This document shows positions 8,657 through 17,721 of a stretch of 64,000 nucleotides of DNA, piece by piece (position 1 is the first letter of the stretch; the number at the start of each line of letters is the position of its first letter). This DNA comes from Candidatus Gottesmanbacteria bacterium GW2011_GWC1_43_10. GTDB lineage: Bacteria > Patescibacteriota > Microgenomatia > UBA10105. The notes under the pieces were generated by a model that ran no database searches, had not been told where the DNA came from, and saw nothing but the letters and a program-made list of their open reading frames with translations. The position numbers were made by a program, and so were the translations under genes. Location of the stretch: assembly GCA_000995415.1 (NCBI GenBank), contig LCEX01000001.1, forward strand, positions 60-64,059, read 5' to 3'.

Positions 8657-10660
8657 ATGGAAGATACACGAAGTGTTCCGGTTACGCAAAAGGGAAACTG
8701 CGGCAAATGCCGATTCGTGTGGTTAGTGTTTTTGGGGCTGATTATTCTTTATGGTCTAAGCATTTTGGTGACTAAATCAAAAATACCCGAGACACAATCT
8801 GGATCACCAAAACTCGAATTCAAAAAATTTACCTCTGAGAACGAATTCAAAGGCTATTTGTCCGTGATATCACAACAGAGATATGGAGGAGGTATCAGCG
8901 GGTTTGGGGTGCGTCAGGCCTTAACTGCAGATAACGAATTGGGGATGTCACCGGCTTTACCTAAAGCTGCGGGAGGAGTAGATGTGGAGCGGGTATCGGA
9001 GACCAATGTTCAGGTAGCCGGGATCGATGAACCGGATATAGTCAAAACCGACGGGAAAAATATTTATTTATCGAGCGAATTCTCTTTTCGATACGCCTTG
9101 CCGGCGCCACCAGAACCACTTATATTCGAGGGTAAAATCGTCCCACCGGTGTCACTAAACGGAGAAACTAGAGTGATCGAAGCATTTCCGCCGGCTACAT
9201 TGGCCGTTAAAAATAAGTTAGCCGGATCCGGAGATTTACTCTTGACCAAAAAATTGTTGGTGATTTTGACCCGGGAAAATAGAATTGTGGGTTATGATAT
9301 TTCCCAACCGGAAGCGCCTCAGGAAAAATGGACCTTAAATTTGGAAGACAATGTGCAGGTCACGGGCGCCCGACTCTATCATGACAAAATATATTTAGTC
9401 ACCAGCACGCAAATAAACAACGGTAGTCCCTGCCCGGTCCACATCATGTCATCGACTTACAGCGGAAAATTATCTATTCCCTGCGTGGGAATTTATCATC
9501 CGACTGTAGAGGTTCCGGTTGACGTGACATACACCGTAAATGTAATTAACCCGACAAACGGGACTGTTGACAAATCTGTGGCTTTTGTGGGATCCGGCAA
9601 TGAATCGGTCATATACATGTCTCCACAGGCGATATATGTTACTTATACCTATTTTGGTAGCCGTTTGGACTATTTGTACGGCTTTTTTACAACTGATGGC
9701 CAAAAACTCGTTTCCACCGAAGTTCTGGAGAAACTAAAAACGCTGAAAAACTTATCAATCAGTGATAGCGCGAAGGAAGTAGAGTTGGAAGTGATTTTGG
9801 AAAAATACAAAAACAGTTTATCTTCAGATGAAAGTTTGCGGATAGAAAACGAAATTGCCAATCGCTTGAAAGACTACACCAAATTACATTTGCGCGATTT
9901 GGAATTGACCGGAATTGCCAAGATTGGCATTGAAAATTTAGACCTGGTTGCTACCGGAAATGTGTCCGGACAGCCGTTGAACCAATATGCCCTCGATGAA
10001 TTTGCCGGTCATTTGCGGATAGCCACTACTATAACAGACAGCATGTTGGGGACAAGTGAGACTGTAAATGACGTCACGGTTTTGGATAACAACCTTAAAC
10101 CTGTCGGGAAGGTAAAAGATCTGGGTAAAGGTGAACGCATTTATGCTGTGCGTTTCATAGAAAACACGGGTTTTGTGGTGACCTTTAAACAAGTCGATCC
10201 GTTTTATGTTCTGGATCTCGGAAATCCGTCCGATCCTAAATTGGTAGGTGAACTCAAAATTCCTGGTTATTCCGCCTACTTACAGCAACTTACTTCTAAT
10301 AAAATCTTGGGAGTAGGTAAAGAAGGTCAGCAAGTCAAACTGGCAGTTTTTGACGTCGGCAATCCGACTAACCCGTTGGAAGTCGATAAATACTTATTGG
10401 ATGAAAATTGGACAGAACTTCTCCAAAACCAGCACGCATTCTTGTTAGATAGTAAACATCAGGTATTTTTCCTACCCGGTAGTAAAGGCGGTTACATCTT
10501 CAGTTACCAAAATGACAAGTTGCAGTTAGTCAAAGCTGTGAGTGAGATGCGCGCCCGCCGCGCGCTTTACATCAACGACTATCTGTATCTGGTAGGTGAC
10601 GATAAATTGGTAGTAGTAAACGAAACTGATTGGCAAACTGTAAACCAGCTTATTTTCTGA
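8657..10660 (+). CDS. secreted/membrane-anchored protein with predicted beta-propeller domain (COG4880 / PF09826-like)
   Basis: N-terminal signal anchor, then a roughly 600-aa soluble region. C-terminal repeats such as DPFYVLDLGNPSDPKLVGELKIPGYSAYL and VFDVGNPTNP resemble the secreted beta-propeller family. Recognition by eye only. Confidence 0.5.
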   Translation: MEDTRSVPVTQKGNCGKCRFVWLVFLGLIILYGLSILVTKSKIPETQSGSPKLEFKKFTSENEFKGYLSVISQQRYGGGISGFGVRQALTADNELGMSPALPKAAGGVDVERVSETNVQVAGIDEPDIVKTDGKNIYLSSEFSFRYALPAPPEPLIFEGKIVPPVSLNGETRVIEAFPPATLAVKNKLAGSGDLLLTKKLLVILTRENRIVGYDISQPEAPQEKWTLNLEDNVQVTGARLYHDKIYLVTSTQINNGSPCPVHIMSSTYSGKLSIPCVGIYHPTVEVPVDVTYTVNVINPTNGTVDKSVAFVGSGNESVIYMSPQAIYVTYTYFGSRLDYLYGFFTTDGQKLVSTEVLEKLKTLKNLSISDSAKEVELEVILEKYKNSLSSDESLRIENEIANRLKDYTKLHLRDLELTGIAKIGIENLDLVATGNVSGQPLNQYALDEFAGHLRIATTITDSMLGTSETVNDVTVLDNNLKPVGKVKDLGKGERIYAVRFIENTGFVVTFKQVDPFYVLDLGNPSDPKLVGELKIPGYSAYLQQLTSNKILGVGKEGQQVKLAVFDVGNPTNPLEVDKYLLDENWTELLQNQHAFLLDSKHQVFFLPGSKGGYIFSYQNDKLQLVKAVSEMRARRALYINDYLYLVGDDKLVVVNETDWQTVNQLIF

Positions 10661-12227
10661 CAAACATGATGGAATTGGGAATACTTCGGCCTGGACCATA
10701 TACATAAGCCCCATTTACCCACAAAGCCGCCGAGCCGCCACCGTCCAGATTTAAGGCATTGTCAGCTCCGAGTGTGGTAAACACCGAAGCCGAATCAAGT
10801 ATAGATGCTCCACCTACGATGCAGAGATACAAAGTATCACCTTTTTGGGCAAAGGCACTGGTACCGATACGGGCTGTCCGCTGTTTTTCATCAAGCGAGC
10901 TTTCATTGATTATGAATTGTCCATTTTGCACCATCAAAGGATTGCCCGCAATTCCAGCCTGAATGCCAGTATCCCGACCCCACTCCAGACTTCTTGGCAC
11001 AAACCTGGGATTTCCGCCGGATTCAATCACCAAAAACGGAATAGTGCTATAAACATTGTTATCCGAATTAAAATACCGTTTCAGACGGGAATTAAAAAAT
11101 AGGGTATCAAAAGTATTTTTCTTGCTGCTGCACCAACTATAGTCTTGGGGACAAAAGTACATTCCGTTCATAGCTGCGACGGCGCCGTTTCGGGTAGCGT
11201 ATTCACCAACAGACATAATTGGACAATTGTCACTGCAATCTGATTCACTTGCCGAGTCGGTGACGACGCGGATGCTGTTTTTGTTAGCACCATAACAAGT
11301 TAAAGTAAATTGGCCACGATCAGTTTTGACGCTAGACCTGCTGTAACCTTCACTTGGCATCGAACCAAGTTGGGGTATGGGTGGCACTGAAGGCGTTGGA
11401 GAGGGTGAAGGGGTAGGAGTGGGAGAGGGGACGAAAAACTGATCGGTTGTTGATATCAAAGAGATGGTATTGTTATGAAAATTTTCGGCAAATTTATTTA
11501 TTTCCAACCAACGGGTTTCACTAGGTGTCAAACTGACATCGGTAATTGAGAAATTGGCAGCGTTTGCAAAAATCAGCGCCTGCTGGTTTTGGGTCATGAC
11601 GGTCGGAGTTTGATCAAAAGAATTCTCTGCGGAGGCGGTAGATTTAGTTAAACTAACGTTGTTTTGCGTCACCACTACCTTTACCGATTGATCGGGATTC
11701 ACAAAAGTCATAAAAATAGTGCCGGATGTGCGGACTAAAACTGATGGCGTTTCAATGACTATTTCTTCACGTGTCTTTGGTAACCTGGTAAAATTTACAA
11801 ATAAACTACCAGAGGTCTGTTTGAGGCTGATATTGGCCGAATTTGTAGCTAAAATGGACACATTTGTATTTGGCGCAAGTCGGACAAAAGTGCCTTCCTG
11901 GAACTCAATCACAGCTAGAGTGTCAGTATCTGTACTGATTTCATCACCCTGATCGACCGGTTCGGCACTGGCGGTGGCCAAAGCGATTTGAGATTGTTGA
12001 CGTTTTAGGAGCACTTTACCTCTAATGTTGATCAGTTGGTTGGATAGTTTCCAAGTTTGAGGCGAAAGGATTTTTCCAGATTTTACGATCCTTTGAGGAT
12101 AAATCAGAAATCTGAAAAACCACCAAAGTAATAATATTATTCCAATTACCAAACTTGCGCGCACGATGAAAATAGGAACTGATTTGGATTTTTGCAGATT
12201 TGAAAAAAAATTGAGTAACTTTTTCAT
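10650..12227 (-). CDS. phosphodiester glycosidase family protein (NAGPA/uncovering-enzyme-like, PF09992) with N-terminal TM, FecR-like domain and Pro/Thr/Ser linker
   Basis: C-terminal ALNLDGGGSAALWVNG is the phosphodiester glycosidase signature. PSPTPTPSPSPTPSVPP linker. N-terminal region resembles the FecR periplasmic domain. 11-nt convergent overlap with the 8657 gene. Confidence 0.65.
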   Translation of the reverse strand: MKKLLNFFSNLQKSKSVPIFIVRASLVIGIILLLWWFFRFLIYPQRIVKSGKILSPQTWKLSNQLINIRGKVLLKRQQSQIALATASAEPVDQGDEISTDTDTLAVIEFQEGTFVRLAPNTNVSILATNSANISLKQTSGSLFVNFTRLPKTREEIVIETPSVLVRTSGTIFMTFVNPDQSVKVVVTQNNVSLTKSTASAENSFDQTPTVMTQNQQALIFANAANFSITDVSLTPSETRWLEINKFAENFHNNTISLISTTDQFFVPSPTPTPSPSPTPSVPPIPQLGSMPSEGYSRSSVKTDRGQFTLTCYGANKNSIRVVTDSASESDCSDNCPIMSVGEYATRNGAVAAMNGMYFCPQDYSWCSSKKNTFDTLFFNSRLKRYFNSDNNVYSTIPFLVIESGGNPRFVPRSLEWGRDTGIQAGIAGNPLMVQNGQFIINESSLDEKQRTARIGTSAFAQKGDTLYLCIVGGASILDSASVFTTLGADNALNLDGGGSAALWVNGAYVYGPGRSIPNSIMFVRK

Positions 12228-12338
12228 GAGTTATGATATGCTAAAGCTTAGGTTTAGGTAGAAAATAGTAAAGTTCTTACTAAATCCGGTTCTAAGGGCT
12301 CGTTCGTCCGCCCAGAGTGGACGATTACGGCCCTTTGT

Positions 12339-12381
12339 GCCGCATCGTTAAAATGCTTATCACGTTATTGACGGATGCGGC
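12339..12381 (+). promoter_or_regulatory. GC-rich stem-loop in 5' leader/promoter region of GT2 gene at 12404
   Basis: GCCGCATC at 12339-12346 pairs with GATGCGGC at 12374-12381 (8-bp perfect stem, 27-nt loop). A second 6-bp hairpin TCGTCC..GGACGA lies at about 12308-12328. No T-run, so it does not look like an intrinsic terminator. Confidence 0.3.
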
Positions 12382-12403
12382 CTAAACTAGTTTACCTAAG
12401 TTT

Positions 12404-13315
12404 ATGCAAATAAGTCTAGTTATTCCCAATTTTAACGGCCGACACCTGCTAGCCAAAAATTTACCCCACGTCATTAAAGCCTTTTCGGTAGCGGAAATTA
12501 TTGTCGTGGATGATGGTTCAAGCGACGGAAGTGCAAAATTCCTTAAACAAAGTTTCCCAAACGTGAAACTTCTCGAAAAAGCGACCACCAGCGGTTTTTC
12601 TACCAGCGTAAATTTGGGTTTTAAAGCTGCTATAGGCGAAATTGTGGTGCTTTTAAACACCGATGTCGTGCCGAAGGCGGATTTCCTAGGTCCATTACTA
12701 TCTCACTTTGAGGACCCTAATATTTTTGCGGTAGGATGTCTCGAAGAAAGCATTGAAGGCGCGCAAACAACTGCGCGCGGACGGGGAATTGGTCGATTCA
12801 GACGCGGTTTTTTGGAACACCGGCGGGGAGAAGTGGATAAAACCGATACATTGTGGGCTAGTGGTGGAGCCAGTGCCTTTAAGAAAAGTCTTTGGGACAA
12901 ATTGCACGGGTTCAATGAAATTTATGATCCATTCTATTGGGAGGACATTGATGTGTCTTACCGAGCACTCAAGAGTGGATACCAAGTATTGTTCGAATCT
13001 CGCAGTCGTGTCACACACCGACACGAGGAAGGAAGTATCAAGAAACAATATTCTGCCAACGAGGTCAGGACCATCGCCTACCGCAACCAATTTATTTTCG
13101 TGTGGAAAAACATTACTGACTTACAATACTTTAGCCAACATTTATTTTGGTTACCTTATCATTTGTTTTTTGCTTTGATTCGCGGAGATTTAGCGATGTG
13201 GAAAGGTTTTGGGTTAGCTCTTTTAAGATTGCCACGAATTTGGATCAGCCGTGGTTACGAAACTAAACTTTACACTAAAACTGATGCCGAGGTCATACAA
13301 CAATTCACAATTTGA
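12404..13315 (+). CDS. GT2-family glycosyltransferase
   Basis: N-terminal SLVIPNFNGRHLL...IIVVDDGSSDGS. DxD-like region EDIDVSYRA. Confidence 0.8.
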   Translation: MQISLVIPNFNGRHLLAKNLPHVIKAFSVAEIIVVDDGSSDGSAKFLKQSFPNVKLLEKATTSGFSTSVNLGFKAAIGEIVVLLNTDVVPKADFLGPLLSHFEDPNIFAVGCLEESIEGAQTTARGRGIGRFRRGFLEHRRGEVDKTDTLWASGGASAFKKSLWDKLHGFNEIYDPFYWEDIDVSYRALKSGYQVLFESRSRVTHRHEEGSIKKQYSANEVRTIAYRNQFIFVWKNITDLQYFSQHLFWLPYHLFFALIRGDLAMWKGFGLALLRLPRIWISRGYETKLYTKTDAEVIQQFTI

Positions 13316-13331
13316 CTTATTAACTTAAGGA

Positions 13332-14222
13332 ATGAAGAACTTTGTTAAGTCTAAACAGTTTTTAGCAATTTTTTTATTTTCCGCCATAAGTCGACTGCTT
13401 TTTTTGGGAGTAATTCCTCCGGGAGTAAATTCAGCTTTTTGGCTAAGACTGCCGAGTGCAATCGGGGGAATGATTTCTATCATTACCCTGATGTTGGTTT
13501 TATATAAACTTACCGCCAAACCAGTGTTGGCGGAAGTTGCCGGACTGATGCTTGGGTTTATGCCTTGGCACATAGAACAAAGCCGAGTGATATCTCAAGC
13601 TATGTTGGGGATGACTATTTTATTGATCGGAGTATTAGGAGCAGTCACATCTAAATCAAAAATGACGAGATGGACGATCGTTATTCTATGCGGGGTGGGT
13701 TTTTATCTCACGTATCCTTCTATCTGGATGAGGTCCTTGCCAATGATACTTCCGAATTTAGAAAAAGTACTTTCTAACTTATCTAAATTAATTTCGGTTG
13801 AATTTCTTTTTTACAATAATGATTCATTCTGGTGGGGTGGTTTACGGACTATGGGGGCAATGTTACCAACAGTCCTGCCCTTTTATGTTGTCGGGCTATT
13901 AGCGGTCATCCGAAATATACAAGCCAAATACTGGTTTTATTATACCGGTTTTGGAGTGATTTGGTTGATTGCTGCCACAAACCCCCGTTTTCCCGAAGGC
14001 AGGGAGTTTTTTTTAATATCGCCTTATTTAGCTTTTGTTTTAGCTTTAGGAGTAATAAAAGTATTCGAACACATAAAGTCGTCAAAGATGATCTCAAGGG
14101 TTTTTATTTTAATATATTTGATATTCGCAGTTTACGAACAGATTTGGTTTTTGCATATGTATACCACTCATTATGCCCAAAGAGTCAAAAATGAAATACC
14201 GAATTCGCAATTTAGTTTCTAA
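13332..14222 (+). CDS. half-size GT39/ArnT-like paralog lacking the N-terminal DE catalytic loop and the C-terminal domain (possible pseudo-paralog)
   Basis: RLPSAIGGMISIITLMLVLYKL...FMPWHIEQSRV aligns with RLPSAILGTLTVGLVYFLV...ISAWHIAESR of the downstream paralogs. The roughly 55-aa segment carrying YSDE..GYNAYS..KTGRDEYG is absent. 296 aa versus 534-602 aa. Confidence 0.45.
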   Translation: MKNFVKSKQFLAIFLFSAISRLLFLGVIPPGVNSAFWLRLPSAIGGMISIITLMLVLYKLTAKPVLAEVAGLMLGFMPWHIEQSRVISQAMLGMTILLIGVLGAVTSKSKMTRWTIVILCGVGFYLTYPSIWMRSLPMILPNLEKVLSNLSKLISVEFLFYNNDSFWWGGLRTMGAMLPTVLPFYVVGLLAVIRNIQAKYWFYYTGFGVIWLIAATNPRFPEGREFFLISPYLAFVLALGVIKVFEHIKSSKMISRVFILIYLIFAVYEQIWFLHMYTTHYAQRVKNEIPNSQFSF

Positions 14223-15891
14223 CCCGATTCCAGGCTTACTAATTTTAGTTATTCTTTTGGCCGGAGTTTTGCGCGTGTCATTTTTAGACCGGTTTCCGCC
14301 AGCACTTTATTCAGATGAGGTTTCCCAGGGATACAATGCGTACTCCATTTGGAAAACGGGTAGAGATGAATACGGCAAGTTTTTACCGGTATCTTTGCGT
14401 TCTTTTGGGGATTGGAAACCACCGTTGCCCACATATCTGATGATTCCGACGATTGCAATTTTTGGACTGAACGCTTGGGGTGTCAGATTGCCATCGGCAA
14501 TACTGGGAACTTTGACTGTCGGCTTAGTCTATTTTTTAGTTTCCGAGTTATTGCAATTTTTTGAGATGAAAACAACTAGAGATGCTCAAAAAACTGATTT
14601 CAACCGAGGTGTTGCTTTATGGTCTGCTCTGTTCTTAGCAATTTCGGCTTGGCATATTGCAGAAAGTCGTAGTGCTATGTTGGTCGCAGTAGGACTATTT
14701 TGGATATGTATGGCAATATGGAGTTTTCTCAAAGGCCTCAAACAACCAAATTATTGGTATATATCGAGCTTGAGTTTAGTTTTTGGAATTTATACTTATT
14801 ATGGATTGCGATTGGTAGTACCTTTGTTACTTATAGCACTAGCCATCTTTTTCATAAAACCTATTTTACGAAATTGGCAAAAAGCGATCGTTGCAGCTAT
14901 TTTAGGCACAGTTTTATTATTACCTTTAATTGTGGCTTATATCAAAGAACCGGATGTATTGTGGGGTAGAGCCAGAACTGTAAGTATTTTTTATGATCAA
15001 GGAGTGGCTTTAAACGTAAAGGATTTGATAGCTCAAGATGGCATCGGGATGCCGCCAAAACTGGCACAATTTTTTCATAACAAAACTTATGCATATACAG
15101 TCGATATCATACGCCGTTTCTTCCAACATCTGGATGGCAGGTATTTATTTTTGATCGGTGACCAAAGTCCGCCTTTTCAAATCCCAGGAATGGGAATTCT
15201 GTATTTAGGAGATGTCATTCTATTGATCTTTGGTCTAAACTACTTAAGTAAAAACTCACGCTTACTCAAATTTTTGTTGGTTTGGGCAGCAATAACAATT
15301 GTCCCATCGGCATTGACTTTTGTGACACCGGCGTCTAACCGAACTTTCAATTTGGTTGTACCCCTGGTCGTAATTATGGCTTTTGGCGCTGTAAACTTGT
15401 TTGGTCGATTAAACAAATATTTCTTCTGGAGCAGTTTGTTTATAATTTACGGATCGAGTTTCGCCTATTTTAGTTTTAATTATTTTAAAGCACTACCCAA
15501 ACAACATGCTGATTGGTGGCACTACGGTTACCAGGAACTTTATGCCTATCTGGCGACTCAGGAATCACAAGTTGAAACTATTTATATCTCCGGCCATGCG
15601 AGCGTGCCTTATATATTCTTGTTATTTTTTCAAGAAATAGATCCGGCATTAGTTGCGACGCAAATAAAAAGAAATTATAAAGCTGACATATATGGATTTG
15701 AACACGTGGACGAGTTTGGTAAATATCAGTTTCCGCGGTATTTTAAATGGGAAGTAGATAAAGATAATTTAGCAAGTAATTCTTTATTAGTTTTGACTGA
15801 AAGTGAGGTGGCAGGGGAAGGGGCACGGGATATCAAAGACATCATTTACCCGGACGGACGAATTGCCTTCAAAATCTATAAGATTGAATAG
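14191..15891 (+). CDS. ArnT/PMT-like GT-C glycosyltransferase, tandem paralog 1 (ORF opens at 14173; ATG at 14191 preferred)
   Basis: YSDEVSQGYNAYSIWKTGRDEYGKFLPVSLRSFGDWKPP...RLPSAILGTLTVGLVYFLV...ISAWHIAESRS. C-terminal module ...PYIFLLFFQEIDPAL. Multi-TM N-terminal half followed by a soluble C-terminal domain. Confidence 0.8.
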   Translation: MKYRIRNLVSNPIPGLLILVILLAGVLRVSFLDRFPPALYSDEVSQGYNAYSIWKTGRDEYGKFLPVSLRSFGDWKPPLPTYLMIPTIAIFGLNAWGVRLPSAILGTLTVGLVYFLVSELLQFFEMKTTRDAQKTDFNRGVALWSALFLAISAWHIAESRSAMLVAVGLFWICMAIWSFLKGLKQPNYWYISSLSLVFGIYTYYGLRLVVPLLLIALAIFFIKPILRNWQKAIVAAILGTVLLLPLIVAYIKEPDVLWGRARTVSIFYDQGVALNVKDLIAQDGIGMPPKLAQFFHNKTYAYTVDIIRRFFQHLDGRYLFLIGDQSPPFQIPGMGILYLGDVILLIFGLNYLSKNSRLLKFLLVWAAITIVPSALTFVTPASNRTFNLVVPLVVIMAFGAVNLFGRLNKYFFWSSLFIIYGSSFAYFSFNYFKALPKQHADWWHYGYQELYAYLATQESQVETIYISGHASVPYIFLLFFQEIDPALVATQIKRNYKADIYGFEHVDEFGKYQFPRYFKWEVDKDNLASNSLLVLTESEVAGEGARDIKDIIYPDGRIAFKIYKIE

Positions 15892-15912
15892 ATATGTTAG
15901 GCTATTAACTAC

Positions 15913-17721
15913 ATGAATAAGTTGAGTAAGTATTTTTTATTGCTTAATATCGTAGGTTTGGCTTTGGTTTTGCGTCTGGTCAACGTAAGTCAGGTGCCAC
16001 CCGGTTTGAATCGAGATGAGGCAGCTATTGGGTATAACGCTTATTCACTTCTTAAAACCGGCAGAGACGAATACGGCAAGTCTTGGCCCTTATCTTTTAA
16101 ATCTTTTGGTGACTGGAAAGTGCCGGCATATTTTTACATGGTGATGCCCTTCGTCCAGTTGTTGGGCTTAACCGAGTTGGCTGTGCGTTTGCCTTCAGGT
16201 CTGCTCGGTACTGCCACGGTATTTTTAACATATTGTTTAGTTTGCGAAATATTGGCTTTTCGGTCAATAAATCAAAGATCTGATACAACCTCCGTCTTGA
16301 CTCTAGCAAAATCACAAATAGACATGATTGCCTTACTTGCAGCTTTTATCTTAGCTATCACTCCTTGGCATGTGTTCATGTCCCGCAACGCTTCCGAGTC
16401 TAACGTCGCAGTATTTTTTGCAGTTTTGGGCTTGTGGACTTTTTTTCGCAGTTTCCAAAATAAAAAACTACTGCTAGTTTCATTTATTGCATTTGCGCTG
16501 ACTTTATATACCTATCATGGAAATCATATTTTTACGCCATTATTTATTTTGGGGTTGTGTACAATATACTGGCGTGAATGTTTAGCCAACCCGTGGTTTA
16601 AAACTGCTGGCGGTATATTTATCCTGCTCTCGGCTATAATCTTTAGCCAAACACTCCTAGGCGCCGATAAAACAAAAATCTCTGGTTTATTCCCGTTGAG
16701 TGATCAATCAAAAGTTTATGCAGATATCACTCTGCGCCGTCTCGAATACAAAAACAACCAGCTTCTTGCCAAATTGATCCACAACAAACCTCTATATTTG
16801 ATCGAAACAGTTGTCAACAATTACCTTAAAGGTTTTTCTAGCGAATTTTTGTTTATCAAAGGAGGAGACAATGCACAGCACAATATTCCCGGATTTGGAA
16901 ATTTATTAGTTTGGGAAGCTCCGTTTATCTTCTTGGGGATCTGCATTTTATTAAATGCAAAACAAAAAAACGGCTATTTTTTGGTATATTGGTTACTGAT
17001 ATCACCGCTAGCTGCAAGTATTACTCGAGATGCGCCTCATACCGCCCGGATGATGGGTTTTTTACCGTTGCCAGCAATTTTGGCAGCTTACGGGTTAGGT
17101 ATAAGCGGGATGTGGATATGGCGGCGAAAGGTTGGGTGGATATTTAGCATCGGGATGGGAGTCATTATCGGAATTTATTTAATTTTATATCTAGATCAGT
17201 ATTTTGTGCATTTTCCGCTGGTTTCAGCAAAAGATTGGGGGTATGGGTACAAGCAACTTGTTGATGAAACACTCAAGCTTCAAAGTAAATACAAACAAGT
17301 TTTTATTGCCCGACCCGAAGTTTCCCCCTACATATATTTTTTGTTTTACGGTCAACTTGATCCCGAAACATATCAAAAAACTATAGTTCGCTATCCGGAA
17401 ACTACAGAAGGTTTTGCGCATGTACGCCAGATGGATAAACTCTACTTTCAACAAATCGACTGGGCTGATGAACTATTGATCCCTAACCGACTATATATCG
17501 ACTGGGTAGAAGGAGTTCCTAGTGGAGCTACTGCTAGTGCCGTAATAATTGATAAACCTACTTTGGCAAAACTGATTCAGAATGGACAGGACGTCAGCGA
17601 GCTAACCGTTGGAGACAAGGTCGTAAGTCGTATCGTGGATACAATCAAACTGCCTGACCACAAGCCATATATCTACTTGATTGAGACTCGGACGGCGAGT
17701 CCTTCTGCATTACCTTTATGA
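15913..17721 (+). CDS. ArnT/PMT-like GT-C glycosyltransferase, tandem paralog 2
   Basis: NRDEAAIGYNAYSLLKTGRDEYGKSWPLSFKSFGDWKVP...RLPSGLLGTATVFLTY...ITPWHVFMSR...PYIYFLFYGQLDPETY. Confidence 0.8.
   Translation: MNKLSKYFLLLNIVGLALVLRLVNVSQVPPGLNRDEAAIGYNAYSLLKTGRDEYGKSWPLSFKSFGDWKVPAYFYMVMPFVQLLGLTELAVRLPSGLLGTATVFLTYCLVCEILAFRSINQRSDTTSVLTLAKSQIDMIALLAAFILAITPWHVFMSRNASESNVAVFFAVLGLWTFFRSFQNKKLLLVSFIAFALTLYTYHGNHIFTPLFILGLCTIYWRECLANPWFKTAGGIFILLSAIIFSQTLLGADKTKISGLFPLSDQSKVYADITLRRLEYKNNQLLAKLIHNKPLYLIETVVNNYLKGFSSEFLFIKGGDNAQHNIPGFGNLLVWEAPFIFLGICILLNAKQKNGYFLVYWLLISPLAASITRDAPHTARMMGFLPLPAILAAYGLGISGMWIWRRKVGWIFSIGMGVIIGIYLILYLDQYFVHFPLVSAKDWGYGYKQLVDETLKLQSKYKQVFIARPEVSPYIYFLFYGQLDPETYQKTIVRYPETTEGFAHVRQMDKLYFQQIDWADELLIPNRLYIDWVEGVPSGATASAVIIDKPTLAKLIQNGQDVSELTVGDKVVSRIVDTIKLPDHKPYIYLIETRTASPSALPL

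Noticed and set aside
12698-13178. Several ORFs (130, 70 and 141 aa) on both strands inside the GT2 gene 12404-13315
   Set aside because: They are entirely nested in a motif-supported GT2 CDS and have no independent signals, so they are treated as frame-shadow ORFs. The same reasoning excludes the other short antisense or nested ORFs in the track (e.g. 252-631, 2386-2923, 3159-3889, 6240-6707, 7349-8377, 9064-10192, 19045-19446, 39766-40203, 54085-54691, 61182-61920).
14173-14222. Possibility that 13332-14222 and 14173-15891 are one gene split by a frameshift
   Set aside because: The downstream ORF already contains the complete N-terminal DE/GYNAYS loop and first TM helices of a full-length paralog, and the upstream ORF aligns to an internal region rather than to an N-terminus. 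They are therefore two separate paralogs, not halves of one gene.
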